A stretch of DNA of 64,000 bases from an uncultured virus (IMG/VR IMGVR_UViG_3300024319_000691) (IMGVR_UViG_3300024319_000691), one strand, 5' to 3'. Shown: positions 19,288-29,711, counted from the first letter of the stretch. The notes: a model not told the origin generated them from the sequence alone. Made by a program: numbers and translations.

Positions 19288-20957
19288 AAATCAAATCAAT
19301 AGAATTTAAAAACTTTGCATCATACGGAAATTCAATTCAAAGGATAGAATTCGAAGATGATAAAGCGGAGTTGTTATTAACTCTTGGTAAAAATGGTCAT
19401 GGTAAAACTACCATCGCCAATGCAATAGTATATGCACTATACGGTAAAGTTGAAGGTGTTAAGATGGCGGACCTTCCTAATAGAATTAATAAGGAATTAT
19501 GGGTAAGAATAGAACTTCAATGTAAAGGAACTATAGTAGAAATCGAGAGAGGTTTGATGCCTAATAGATTTAAAGTTCTTTTAAATGGAATTGAATTTGA
19601 TAAAGCAGGTAAGAAATCAGTTCAGGATTATTTAGAAGAAGAGATATTCGGAATCCCATATCATGTATTTAAAAACATTATAATTTTATCTGTAAATGAT
19701 TTTAAGTCGTTCTTAACAATGACAAATCATGATAAAAGACAAATCATCGATAAAATGTTTGGATTCTCCATCCTTAATGATATGCAAAAGCAGATTAAAG
19801 ATGAAAGAAGAGATCTTAAAATAGAATTAGATTCTTATGAAAAAGAATTAAGCCAGCTTAGTGAAAATATAGTTTCAGTTAATATGAAATTAAATCAATT
19901 ACTAGCAGAAGCTGACACTAAAAACAAAGAAGAAATAGAATCTTTGAAAACTAGTCTTAAAAAATATGATTCTAATAGAATTAAATTAGAAGAGGCAAGC
20001 ACCAAAGTATCTAAAATGATTACTTCTAATTCTTCTGACTTACAGGAAAAACAATCTAAATATACTTCACTTAAATATGAGTTAGTAGAATTAAAGAAAA
20101 AGCTAGCGTTATATGAAACTGATAAATGTCCAACATGTGAAGGCGAACTAACCTCTTCTTTTCACCAAGAAAGAAAAAAAGAAATAGAGTCTAAGGCAGA
20201 ATCTCTTCCTTCTGATATCTCAAAGGCAGAAACAAAGGTGAATGATATTAAATCTAATATTTCAGATTTAAGAATTAAGGACAAGGCAATTAACGATAAA
20301 GTGTCTACTATTAATACTAACATTAGAAATTTAAAGAATGAATTAGTAAAGATAAAAGATTCTTTAAATTCTAATAATGATTTTTCACACTTAAAGCAAA
20401 TCATTGAAGAATTCGAAATACAAGAATCATCAAAGTCAAATTTAAAGGATGAAACTTCTGGTAACTATAATTTCTTAGAAATAATAGAAGAGGTTCTAGG
20501 TGAAGATGGCGTTAAGAACCTTGCAATTCAAACTATTTTACCAGGTCTTAATGCTAATATTGCCGCAATGGGTCAGACAATGCACTTACCTTTCCATATA
20601 AGATTCGATGAAAAGTTTAATTGTCTTATTAATCATTTAGGAGAAGAGATCAATCCACTTACATTATCTACAGGTGAAAGAAAGAAGGCAGACTTTATTA
20701 TAATTATTGCTATCATTAAAATACTTAAGTTAAGATTTCCACAATTAAATCTTTTATTCTTAGACGAGTTATTATCTTCAGTAGATGCAGATGGAGTCCA
20801 TAATATTCTTAAAATTCTATCACAGGTTATTAAAGATAGTAAGATTAATACTTTCGTAATTAATCACACCGTTCTTCCCCATGAATTATTTGATAAAAAG
20901 ATACAAATATATAGAGAAAATGGATTCTCTAAACTCGAGATAGAGGTTATAGAATAA
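19284..20957 (+). CDS. recombination ATPase, Rad50/SbcC-like (gp46)
   Basis: GKNGHGKTT, CPTC hook, LSTGE, FLDE. Confidence 0.92.
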   Translation: MKIKSIEFKNFASYGNSIQRIEFEDDKAELLLTLGKNGHGKTTIANAIVYALYGKVEGVKMADLPNRINKELWVRIELQCKGTIVEIERGLMPNRFKVLLNGIEFDKAGKKSVQDYLEEEIFGIPYHVFKNIIILSVNDFKSFLTMTNHDKRQIIDKMFGFSILNDMQKQIKDERRDLKIELDSYEKELSQLSENIVSVNMKLNQLLAEADTKNKEEIESLKTSLKKYDSNRIKLEEASTKVSKMITSNSSDLQEKQSKYTSLKYELVELKKKLALYETDKCPTCEGELTSSFHQERKKEIESKAESLPSDISKAETKVNDIKSNISDLRIKDKAINDKVSTINTNIRNLKNELVKIKDSLNSNNDFSHLKQIIEEFEIQESSKSNLKDETSGNYNFLEIIEEVLGEDGVKNLAIQTILPGLNANIAAMGQTMHLPFHIRFDEKFNCLINHLGEEINPLTLSTGERKKADFIIIIAIIKILKLRFPQLNLLFLDELLSSVDADGVHNILKILSQVIKDSKINTFVINHTVLPHELFDKKIQIYRENGFSKLEIEVIE

Positions 20958-20958
20958 A

Positions 20959-20966
20959 GATATATA
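20959..20966 (+). promoter_or_regulatory. class 3 (late) motif GATATATA
   Basis: Recurrent motif before virion-associated genes. Confidence 0.55.
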
Positions 20967-20993
20967 AATCAAATAAAAAGATTTCACTTAAAC

Positions 20994-22331
20994 ATGAATA
21001 ATAAAATCTTAAAATACGATCAGTATTTAAATGAAGCTATGAAAACGGGTTCAATAGAACTTGTAAATCCTTCTCTAAATAAAGCAGCTACGATAATCGC
21101 AAGATTTGTAAATAAGAAAACAAAGAAGGACTTTAAAAAGTTTCCATTTGAAATGATAACTGATATGGGTTCTGGAGTAATGTTTTACTCAAGTAAAGGT
21201 ACAGAGGCATTTATGGTAACTCCCGCTGCTGCAAAAAACCCTGGTATTGTAGGTTCTATAATCTATTTCTCAGATGCAGCAGACGCTAAATCTGATTTTT
21301 CTATTTCATCTGAAACATTCCCAATTGTTAAATTAGTTGGAGAATTCGTTAGATTAATGGATAAAAAATACGTTGCATCTATACAAGAGTCAATGTTATT
21401 AGAAAGAAGAACTAAAAGAGCATTCTCTAAAGAAGAAATTAAAATGATCGAGGCTAAATTAGCAGCTGGAATGGCCGTTAATAAAATAGCAGACGAATTA
21501 GAAGTTCCTTATTCTTCAATCATGAATATTAAGAAAGGACAGCAGGTTGTAGTAAAACCTACCGCAGCTGAAACACAAAATGATATGACACTTAATGATA
21601 AGGTTAAATATCTTGAAGAAACAATGGAAGATATTTACGAAATATCAAGAAGAGTCGCTGCAGGTGCATTTAACTCTTTATTTATTTCAGGTAGAGCAGG
21701 TACTGGTAAAACATATAATGTAGAAAGAGCAATGAAAGATGAAGGTCTTGTTGACGAAGAAGATTACGTTATGGTTTCAGGTGCAGCATCTGTTATTATG
21801 ATGTATAAGAAATTCTATCAATATAGAAATAAGACATTAATCTTTGATGACTGTGATGCAGTATTTAGAGATGAAAACGGTAGAAACTTAATGAAAGCGG
21901 CATTAGATACAAAGAAAGTAAGAAAAATCTCTTATTTAAAAAAGACTAAAGCAGTATATGATCCTAAAGATGTGAGTCCTGAAGAAGCATTCACATTAGA
22001 AGAAAATGGAATTGTTCCTAACTCATTTGAATTCGCAGGAAGAGTAATTTTTATTTCGAATTTAGCAAAAGAAAAGGCAGATCCAGATGGAGCTATTAGA
22101 TCTAGATCTATTTTAGTAGATGTAAATCCTGATGATGCAACCTTAATGGAAAGAATGGAAAGGTTATTACCCCATTTAGAACCTACCGAGATGCCACTTA
22201 AAGAAAAGGAAGAAATCTACGAATTTATGAAAAACGCAAACGATATTTCTATGAGAACATTCGTTAAAGCAGCTGGTTTAAAAATGTCAGGTTTACCAAA
22301 CTGGCAAAGAGCAGCGACAAGATACCTATAA
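20994..22331 (+). CDS. AAA+ ATPase with internal HTH and N-terminal capsid-targeting-like peptide
   Basis: GRAGTGKT, LIFDDCD, VIFISN, AIRSRS; HTH-like AVNKIADELEVPYSSIMNI; N-terminus KILKYDQYLNEA. Confidence 0.75.
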   Translation: MNNKILKYDQYLNEAMKTGSIELVNPSLNKAATIIARFVNKKTKKDFKKFPFEMITDMGSGVMFYSSKGTEAFMVTPAAAKNPGIVGSIIYFSDAADAKSDFSISSETFPIVKLVGEFVRLMDKKYVASIQESMLLERRTKRAFSKEEIKMIEAKLAAGMAVNKIADELEVPYSSIMNIKKGQQVVVKPTAAETQNDMTLNDKVKYLEETMEDIYEISRRVAAGAFNSLFISGRAGTGKTYNVERAMKDEGLVDEEDYVMVSGAASVIMMYKKFYQYRNKTLIFDDCDAVFRDENGRNLMKAALDTKKVRKISYLKKTKAVYDPKDVSPEEAFTLEENGIVPNSFEFAGRVIFISNLAKEKADPDGAIRSRSILVDVNPDDATLMERMERLLPHLEPTEMPLKEKEEIYEFMKNANDISMRTFVKAAGLKMSGLPNWQRAATRYL

Positions 22332-22334
22332 TAA

Positions 22335-23228
22335 ATGGCTACATATAATCTTAAATATAACACGGACGATTCTGTAATTAGGCATATAATTATCGGTCTA
22401 TTGGCAGACTTAAATAATAAAGTTTGGTTTCAAAGACAAGTAAGCGCTAATGAGAGAAAGGATATAGACGTTCCTTTTTATTATTCGATCACAGGAGACG
22501 ATCAATTTTTAAGAGATAATTTTCTATTTACAACAGCAAGTGGCGATGACTGCTACCCTGATCCTGGGTTTGCAGATGGAAATTACGATGTAATTCCAAG
22601 AGGAGTCGCTAGAATTTCTTCAATATCTATAGAATCTTCTAAACTAGTCAATAAAAGAATAATGGGAAATTATTCTAGACTTGATGAAGAAGGAGCTCTA
22701 CAAGCATATTCTTCTGAATTTGAAATGATTCCAATTTTAATAAATTTTGACATAGAAGTTTTAGTATCTTCAATGTTAGATTCTTTAAAGATTACTGAAA
22801 TGATAGTAAAGAAATTATATAAATCTAATTACTTTAACATAGAAGTAGGACATCTAGAAGAAGGAACGTACAGATTACCTTCGTATTATTCTTTACCGGA
22901 TGATTATACAGTGGAGGCTCCAATAGATTTTGGATTCGACGATAAAGACAAATATAAAATAACATTTCCAATAGAAGTAAATTCATTTATACCTTCTTTC
23001 TCAAACACGCCAGACGGAAATCCAGGTTCTGGATCATCTGGAGAATCTGGAGAATCTAGAGCATATAGATATGGTTCAGGTGGATCTTCTGAATTTCACG
23101 CTGGAAATAGGATGTTTGAAATAAAACAAAAATCAATTACATCTAATAAAGGAGAGGCAAAGGATGAGCAATCACAGGCACAACCTGACAATCCTAACAT
23201 AATTGATGAAAACGATACAGATATATAG
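22335..23228 (+). CDS. tail terminator/sheath stabilizer (gp15-like)
   Basis: DVPFYY, IPRG, IPILINFDIEV...LKITEMI pattern of gp15. Confidence 0.6.
   Translation: MATYNLKYNTDDSVIRHIIIGLLADLNNKVWFQRQVSANERKDIDVPFYYSITGDDQFLRDNFLFTTASGDDCYPDPGFADGNYDVIPRGVARISSISIESSKLVNKRIMGNYSRLDEEGALQAYSSEFEMIPILINFDIEVLVSSMLDSLKITEMIVKKLYKSNYFNIEVGHLEEGTYRLPSYYSLPDDYTVEAPIDFGFDDKDKYKITFPIEVNSFIPSFSNTPDGNPGSGSSGESGESRAYRYGSGGSSEFHAGNRMFEIKQKSITSNKGEAKDEQSQAQPDNPNIIDENDTDI
23220..23227 (+). promoter_or_regulatory. class 3 (late) motif GATATATA
   Basis: Motif match. Confidence 0.5.
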
Positions 23229-23257
23229 TTAAACAATAAAATTAAACGAATAATAAA

Positions 23258-24010
23258 ATGACAAACATGTTAGCACCTTTCGTAAAAATTGAAGAAAACG
23301 TTCAATTCTATTTAAATAATAGAGCTTACGAAATAAAAGAAAACAACATTGAAATTATCGAAAGACCAACTAATAAAGAATTTTTAAACGCAATTTCTGC
23401 TTTTGAAAACTTCGATATAGTAGGAAACGATATCAAATGGTATAACAAAGGTTCAAAATTTATTTACAACATTGAAGAAGGAAAGTTCTACAATGGAACA
23501 TCTGAAATTACTGAATCATTCTCAACATACGTATTAGCCAGCGGACTAGTTAGATATGACAACAAAAATAAAGCTGAATTATTTGAAAGCCTTTCTACTA
23601 TTGTAGAAAATTTCATGTATTTAGACTTCGCTACCACGTATAAGAAGGGAGGTGTCACTGTTGATTTATTTAAATTAGATGAAAATCTATTTATTTCAAG
23701 ATTCAACAAAGACACCAAATTAAATAAATTCTTTTCAGCTACCGCTAACGAAGCAGTATCTTATATTAAAGCAGAAACTTCAGAAGACGCTTCAGCTGTA
23801 GTAATTGAAATGCTAGAAGGAGAAACTTTAGAACTTGCTAAGAAATCTGAAGAAATTTCAAAGTTTGAAGAAATGATTTCTTTCTTAAAAGATCAAAGAG
23901 GTTTATTAGCTGAAGCTGATAAATCAATTGAAGAAATTAAAGCTGCTGATGCTTTAATTAATTCAGAGATTAAAGTATGGGAAGATAAGATCGAAGCTTT
24001 AAACGCATAA
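23258..24010 (+). CDS. hypothetical protein, probably virion-associated
   Basis: 250-aa ORF after a late motif; C-terminal coiled coil. Confidence 0.7.
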   Translation: MTNMLAPFVKIEENVQFYLNNRAYEIKENNIEIIERPTNKEFLNAISAFENFDIVGNDIKWYNKGSKFIYNIEEGKFYNGTSEITESFSTYVLASGLVRYDNKNKAELFESLSTIVENFMYLDFATTYKKGGVTVDLFKLDENLFISRFNKDTKLNKFFSATANEAVSYIKAETSEDASAVVIEMLEGETLELAKKSEEISKFEEMISFLKDQRGLLAEADKSIEEIKAADALINSEIKVWEDKIEALNA

Positions 24011-24032
24011 GACGTATCATCGTAAAATAGAG

Positions 24033-24055
24033 AAGGGACCATTGGTCCCTTTTTT
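24033..24055 (+). terminator. intrinsic terminator
   Basis: AAGGGACC-att-GGTCCCTT followed by T-run. Confidence 0.75.
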
Positions 24056-24063
24056 AGGTTAAT

Positions 24064-24090
24064 AAACTTTTTAACATTTTTGAGTATAAT
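24064..24090 (+). promoter_or_regulatory. class 2 promoter AAAC-N17-TATAAT upstream of the gp55-like sigma
   Basis: Motif match. Confidence 0.65.
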
Positions 24091-24114
24091 CTCTATAAAT
24101 AAACCAACAACATT

Positions 24115-24498
24115 GTGGCTAAAAGAAGAAAATCAAAAAACTATTTAAATAACAGAGACCTCTTTGATCAAATGGTCCTTTCAAAAGAACAGGATAAATT
24201 AACAAGAGATGCTGAAAAAATGCTAATTCTCTTGGCAGAAAAGGCGATCAATAGGATGAGGTATGTTAGTGAAGATGATAGGAACGATTGTCTACAATTC
24301 GCTATATTAGACCTTTTAAAATATTGGAGAAACTTCAATCCTAAATATCCAAATGCATTTGCTTATTTCACAGAGATAGCAAAGAGAGGATACGCCAAAG
24401 GATGGAATAAGATTCACCCTCAAAAATACAAAGGAACTCTATCTATAGACAAAGGATCAGGCAACTCTGAAAATCAAACAGGAATTTATAGCATCTAA
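24115..24498 (+). CDS. late sigma factor (gp55-like, short)
   Basis: NYLNNRDL, DCLQFAI, NFNPKYPNAFAYFTEIA; GTG start. Confidence 0.75.
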   Translation: MAKRRKSKNYLNNRDLFDQMVLSKEQDKLTRDAEKMLILLAEKAINRMRYVSEDDRNDCLQFAILDLLKYWRNFNPKYPNAFAYFTEIAKRGYAKGWNKIHPQKYKGTLSIDKGSGNSENQTGIYSI

Positions 24499-24986
24499 TG
24501 TCAATAAAGAATGTCAAACCAACTAAAAATTCAGGATTTAATCAAGGTTATTATAAACCTAATAATCCTTCTAAATATGCAGGACCTACTCCTATCATAT
24601 ATAGAAGTTCCTGGGAACGTAAGTTTATGATGTGGTGTGACAAAAATGAAAAGGTAAGTATGTGGTCAAGCGAACCAGTTGAAATACCATATTGGTCTAG
24701 ACAAGATTCTACCAAAAGGAAATATTACCCTGATTTTTATTTTAAGGCAATTCAGCCCGATAAAACTACTAAAGAATATCTAGTAGAAATCAAACCAAAG
24801 CAACAGATAATAAAACCAGAGCCTCCTAGAGTAAATTCTAAGAAGGCTCTTAAGTCATATAAATTTTTAGCAGAGCAATATGTTAAAAATATGGATAAAT
24901 ATAATGCAGCTAAAGAATTCTGCTCTCAAAGAAATTGGAACTTCATAGTTCTAACAGAAGAAACTATAATAAATGGGCTACATTAA
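24498..24986 (+). CDS. head completion nuclease (gp4-like, TnsA fold)
   Basis: YRSSWERKFM, WSSE, YYPDF, VEIKP. Confidence 0.85.
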   Translation: MSIKNVKPTKNSGFNQGYYKPNNPSKYAGPTPIIYRSSWERKFMMWCDKNEKVSMWSSEPVEIPYWSRQDSTKRKYYPDFYFKAIQPDKTTKEYLVEIKPKQQIIKPEPPRVNSKKALKSYKFLAEQYVKNMDKYNAAKEFCSQRNWNFIVLTEETIINGLH

Positions 24987-25569
24987 AGAGGAAATAAAAA
25001 AATTAATAAAGGGCAAGGGTAGGGCCAAGGCGGCCAACGAGGCTGAACAGTGGTTTCAAAAAAGTTTAAAGGATAAAAAGGAAAAGGCAGTGGGTTCTAT
25101 TAGATCTAGATTTGTTCCAGGAAAAATGTATGTATTTGAATATACCCCAATAACAGAGGATATTAAATGGTATGATGATAATCCTGTTGTTCTAGCCTTA
25201 GATCCTTATGAAGGAGACGACATAGGAATTAATATAACAATGCTTCCTCCTAAATTTAGAGAAGAATTCTTAGACGAGATATATGGTAGATACGAATCAT
25301 CTATAAAATCCGCTTCTAAAAAGGAAGACGCTAAAAAACAAAAAGGTTTACCCAGATTTTCATATAAAGGTGCAAAAAGATATCTTGAATCATTTGGATA
25401 TGATTTTGCAATAAGAAGATATAAGCCTTCTAAAAAAACTAATCAAGCTGTAGTAGCTTATAAAGATTGGTGTAAGATGGCAATATGTGACTTCGATTCT
25501 CTTCAGGGAATTGATAAACAGCAGCTTATTAGATTATTTGAAGATCATCGTAGAAAAAAGAATATATAA
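24973..25569 (+). CDS. DNA end protector (gp2-like)
   Basis: PGKMYVFEY, YDDNPVVL, GINITMLPP, IRRY. Confidence 0.7.
   Translation: MGYIKEEIKKLIKGKGRAKAANEAEQWFQKSLKDKKEKAVGSIRSRFVPGKMYVFEYTPITEDIKWYDDNPVVLALDPYEGDDIGINITMLPPKFREEFLDEIYGRYESSIKSASKKEDAKKQKGLPRFSYKGAKRYLESFGYDFAIRRYKPSKKTNQAVVAYKDWCKMAICDFDSLQGIDKQQLIRLFEDHRRKKNI
25560..25568 (+). promoter_or_regulatory. class 3 (late) motif GAATATATA
   Basis: Motif match upstream of portal. Confidence 0.5.
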
Positions 25570-25601
25570 AGAGAAGTATAATACAATTGTAATTTTAACA
25601 C

Positions 25602-27197
25602 ATGGCAGGATTTATAGAAAGAAACGGACCATTAAGTACTGGTAAAAGATCATTCACACTAAGTGATACATTAAAAAGACTCTCGTCTTTCGGAATGTAT
25701 TACGATGATTTAGTCTTAAGACAATCTCAGGCAATAGGCCCTGTAGAAGATGAATTTGGTTACGGCCAAATGAATCAGATGGGTCTAGATGACGATAACA
25801 TGTATGGGGCATTTGCTGCATTATCGATGGCAGATACCAATATGAGAAAAAATATTCCTTTCTTTGACCAAGGTTATGAAGGTAAAAGAGAAGAATTAAG
25901 AAGATTTTCTACACATGATGAAATAGAAGATATATTAGATATCTTATGTGATGAATCTATCGTATATGACAATAAGAACTTTATTGGAAATCCAGAACTT
26001 ATAGGAATGGATGTTTCAGAAGAAGTTACAAAGTACTTAAATAAATCATACAGAGATTTATATCAATATTTTGGATTTAATTCAGATCAATCGGCATGGT
26101 ACTTCTTTAGAAAATTCTTAATTGACGGATATCTTTCTTTTGAAATTATTTACAGCCCAGATCAAGATCAGATTATAGGATTTAAGGAAATAGATCCTAT
26201 TACACTAATGCCAGGTTATAATAAAGATGATGGTAAAAAAGTATGGGTTCAATTTAAGGACGATCCTGTTAAGGAGAGAGTCCTGTATGATTCACAGATT
26301 ATCTATCTTTCTTATTCTTCAATAACCACTGCCTCGAGAGTAAGTTACTTAGAAAGACTTATAAGATCATTTAACCTGATGAGAATAATGGAACATACTA
26401 GAGTTATCTGGGCGGTTACAAACTCATCATATAGAATGAAGTTTATTATTCCAGTTGGTGGTAAATCTAAAACAAGAGCTAAACAATCTCTTGCTCAATT
26501 AATGGGTAATTATAAAGAAGTTGTAGATTTTGATTGGGATTCAGCTACATTAGCAACTAATGGAAAACCAATGCTCCAATTTAACAAAGAATATTGGTTA
26601 CCATCTAAAGAAGGAGAATCTCCAGAGATTGAAACTTTAGGAGGAGACGGTCCCGAATTATCAGATACAGAAGCACTTAAATATTTTAATGATAAATTAA
26701 AAATGGTTTCTAAAATACCATTCAATAGATTCATGTACGAAGACGGTGGAGGTGACTTTAACCTTGCAGCTGATGGTATGATTAGAGATGAAATTAAGTT
26801 TTCTAAATTTATCAAAAGATTACGTTCTTCTTTCCAAGAAATTTTAGTAAAACCCCTATGGTTACAAATGTGTCTTAAATTTCCTGAATTTAAAGATGAT
26901 GCAGGTTTTAGAACTCAAATAGCTATTCAATTTAATGAAGAGAATATGTTTGCTGAATTAAAACAAATGGAAATCATGGAGAAACGATTAGACTTTATAT
27001 CTACAATGCAAGATTCTCTAATGAAAACAGATCCAGTTACTATGGAAGAAATGCCTTACTTTGATATGGAATTCTTAGTAGACAGATATTTAAAATTATC
27101 CCCTGACGATAAAGCTGCAAACGAAGCTTATAAACAAAGACAAGCTTCTGAAGAAGCAGAAGAACCTGAGGTGGACCCTATGGACATGGGATTCTAG
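25602..27197 (+). CDS. portal protein (gp20-like)
   Basis: FLIDG, SYLERL, EYWLP, EIETLGG, RDEIKFSKFIKRLR. Confidence 0.92.
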   Translation: MAGFIERNGPLSTGKRSFTLSDTLKRLSSFGMYYDDLVLRQSQAIGPVEDEFGYGQMNQMGLDDDNMYGAFAALSMADTNMRKNIPFFDQGYEGKREELRRFSTHDEIEDILDILCDESIVYDNKNFIGNPELIGMDVSEEVTKYLNKSYRDLYQYFGFNSDQSAWYFFRKFLIDGYLSFEIIYSPDQDQIIGFKEIDPITLMPGYNKDDGKKVWVQFKDDPVKERVLYDSQIIYLSYSSITTASRVSYLERLIRSFNLMRIMEHTRVIWAVTNSSYRMKFIIPVGGKSKTRAKQSLAQLMGNYKEVVDFDWDSATLATNGKPMLQFNKEYWLPSKEGESPEIETLGGDGPELSDTEALKYFNDKLKMVSKIPFNRFMYEDGGGDFNLAADGMIRDEIKFSKFIKRLRSSFQEILVKPLWLQMCLKFPEFKDDAGFRTQIAIQFNEENMFAELKQMEIMEKRLDFISTMQDSLMKTDPVTMEEMPYFDMEFLVDRYLKLSPDDKAANEAYKQRQASEEAEEPEVDPMDMGF

Positions 27198-27203
27198 AAA
27201 AAA

Positions 27204-27212
27204 GAATATATA
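27204..27212 (+). promoter_or_regulatory. class 3 (late) motif GAATATATA
   Basis: Motif match. Confidence 0.5.
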
Positions 27213-27219
27213 ATTAGCA

Positions 27220-27588
27220 ATGAAACACTTAAAAACATTTAAAAACTACTCTAATTTAACAGAAGATGCACTAGAAGTCGGAGACGATTCAGATGTAATA
27301 GTAGATGATATTCTTTTAGATTCAGGTGAAAAGATTAAATCTGCTGAAATTATAGGAGTAATAAATACAAGTAAAACAGAGAAAGAATTCAAAGAATATT
27401 TTTATAAAGAATACGGTAATAACGCATTTACCGAAGAAGATATGCAAACTCTAGTCACTTATTATTTAGAAGTTGAAACAGAAGTAAAGGCTAAGGAAAC
27501 TGAGGAGGAAGAAGCTGCTAAGAAGGAAGAAGGTGGCGAAGAAGGTGCTGGAGGCTTAGAAGATGAGCTAGGAGATTTAGAAATATAG
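27220..27588 (+). CDS. acidic prohead core/internal protein
   Basis: Between portal and protease; MKHLKTFKNYSNLTE N-terminus. Confidence 0.6.
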   Translation: MKHLKTFKNYSNLTEDALEVGDDSDVIVDDILLDSGEKIKSAEIIGVINTSKTEKEFKEYFYKEYGNNAFTEEDMQTLVTYYLEVETEVKAKETEEEEAAKKEEGGEEGAGGLEDELGDLEI

Positions 27589-27617
27589 AAAAAATGAAAA
27601 ATCATTATTCTTCAAAA

Positions 27618-27625
27618 GATATATA
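27618..27625 (+). promoter_or_regulatory. class 3 (late) motif GATATATA
   Basis: Motif match. Confidence 0.5.
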
Positions 27626-27650
27626 AACAACAAACATAGTATTAAAATAT

Positions 27651-29711
27651 ATGAATACAAAAAACAATCTATTAATCCTAGAAAGATCTTCTAGTGAATT
27701 AGAATTCAAACAAGATGGTGATGGGGCTTATGTCCTTGAAGGTATATTTGGAGAAATTGACAAAAAGAATAGAAATAATAGAATCTATACTGAGTCAGAA
27801 TATGTTCCACAAATTGAAGCTCTTCAATCTAAAATAGGTTCTTCTAAACTTTTAGGAGAATTAGATCACCCACAAACATTTGATGTATCTTTAAAAAACG
27901 TATCTCACGTTATTGAAGAATTATCCTATGATAGCGAAACAAAACAAGTAAAAGGTAAAATCAGATTACTTGATACTGAAGCTGGTCGTCAGGCTAAAGC
28001 TTTGGTTGATGCTGGTGTTCCTTTACAAATTTCATCTAGAGCAGCTGGTACAGTTGAATCTAACGGGACTGTTAAAATTAAGCAATTATTCACTTATGAT
28101 TTAGTTGCAGATCCTGGCTTTGAAAATGCTGAATTAAAAAGAGTTAACGAATCTTTCGGATTTGATAACGATTCTAGCATTCAAATTTATGAAATTGGAA
28201 ATACAAAAGAACTTTTAACAACCGAAAATAAAACTGAAAACAAAATGGCTGAATCAAAATTCGTAAGTACTGATGATTTTAATAAATATTCACAGTATTT
28301 ATCAAGCGAAATAAAAACTATTAAAGAGGGAATGGAATCTTTAAATAGTGATGAATCTGTAAAGTCTGAAGTTGAAAGCGTTAAAGAATATTCAAACTAT
28401 CTTGCTGAGAAATTAGAAAAGACTATCGAGTATTCTGCATACCTTGCTGAAAACTTAGATAATACAATAACTACAAATAACGAAATATCTGAGAAATTAG
28501 ATAATAGCGTTGCATATACTGAGCATGTTGCTGAAGGTGTTGAATCAATTAAAGACTATACTAATTATTTAGCAGAATCTTATAATGAAGGTGCAACAAC
28601 TCATGAAGGCTTATTAAAGTATATTGAATACTTAAAAGAAAATTTAGAAAAAGTTACTGAATACGCAGAATACGTTGCAGAAACAGTTAATTCTAACTTA
28701 TTACTAGAAGATGAAGCTGGTAAAGAAGTTGAAGAAATTGAAGATGAAGACGATTCTACAGATGTTACTGAACCTACAGTTGATGCTGAAGATAATGAAT
28801 TAGATCACGGTGCAGAAGTTGAAGACAAATCTGACGAGTTAGAAGACGAATTAGAAGACACAGTTGACGATGCAGGTGACGAAGAAATTTCTGAAGAAGA
28901 AGACGTTGAAGCAGTTGAAGAAACTGAAGAAGAAGACGTTGAAGAAGGAAATGCATTTGGTGCTGCAAGAGCAAAGGCAATCGCAGACGGAGAAAAAGAA
29001 TTTACAGTAGACGGAGAAACTTATAAAGTTGAAGACGTTGATGCTGAAGATAAAGAAAATGCAGAAGAATTCGTAGAAGAAACTGAAGCAGTAGAAGAAA
29101 CTGAAGAAGAAGAAACTGAAGCAGTAGAAGAAACTGAAGAAGAAGAAACTGAAGCAGTAGAAGAAACTGAAACAGTAGATACATTAGATGCTTACAAATC
29201 TGAAATTAGTTCTAAATTATCTGCTTTAATCGAAAAAGCAACTGTTAAAGAAAATACTAACCCTCATTTCTTTAGATTTATTTCTGAAGCTAAGAAAGCA
29301 GAATATAACGAATTAAATACTGAAGATCAATCTAAAGTATTAAAATCAATCGAAGGAAAAGGATTCTTAACTGAAGGACAAATTCTTACATTATGGAACT
29401 CTTCATTAATAAATAGCGTTAAAACTAACGAACCTAATGTTATTGAAATGATGCCAGAAGAATATAAAGAAGCATGGTCTAACATGTCAGATAACAAGAA
29501 AACAGCTCTTATAGCTCAATCTAAATACCATAAACTAGAAACTGCTTACCAAGTAAGAAACTTCTGGCAAACTAGAGATCTTAGAGATGTCAAAGTTGTT
29601 ATGGAAAAAGTAGAATCAGTAAATGAAGCTGCTCCTGTTATTGAAGACAAAAAACCTTTATATGATTTAACTAATGTTAAGAAGTCTATTAACAAGAGAT
29701 TCAACAAGTAA
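27651..29711 (+). CDS. prohead protease (gp21-like) fused to scaffold (gp22-like) region
   Basis: NRNNRIY, GELDHP, VSH, ISSRAAG, YDLVADPGF; then helical repeats (EYxxYLAE) and an acidic linker. Confidence 0.85.
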   Translation: MNTKNNLLILERSSSELEFKQDGDGAYVLEGIFGEIDKKNRNNRIYTESEYVPQIEALQSKIGSSKLLGELDHPQTFDVSLKNVSHVIEELSYDSETKQVKGKIRLLDTEAGRQAKALVDAGVPLQISSRAAGTVESNGTVKIKQLFTYDLVADPGFENAELKRVNESFGFDNDSSIQIYEIGNTKELLTTENKTENKMAESKFVSTDDFNKYSQYLSSEIKTIKEGMESLNSDESVKSEVESVKEYSNYLAEKLEKTIEYSAYLAENLDNTITTNNEISEKLDNSVAYTEHVAEGVESIKDYTNYLAESYNEGATTHEGLLKYIEYLKENLEKVTEYAEYVAETVNSNLLLEDEAGKEVEEIEDEDDSTDVTEPTVDAEDNELDHGAEVEDKSDELEDELEDTVDDAGDEEISEEEDVEAVEETEEEDVEEGNAFGAARAKAIADGEKEFTVDGETYKVEDVDAEDKENAEEFVEETEAVEETEEEETEAVEETEEEETEAVEETETVDTLDAYKSEISSKLSALIEKATVKENTNPHFFRFISEAKKAEYNELNTEDQSKVLKSIEGKGFLTEGQILTLWNSSLINSVKTNEPNVIEMMPEEYKEAWSNMSDNKKTALIAQSKYHKLETAYQVRNFWQTRDLRDVKVVMEKVESVNEAAPVIEDKKPLYDLTNVKKSINKRFNK
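29076..29171 (+). repeat. 33-bp tandem repeat (about 3 copies) encoding EAVEETEEEET
   Basis: gaagcagtagaagaaactgaagaagaagaaact repeated in frame. Confidence 0.8.

Noticed and set aside
28774..29184. Minus-strand Leu/Gln-rich ORFs
   Set aside because: Antisense shadows of the GAA-rich acidic repeat in the protease/scaffold gene
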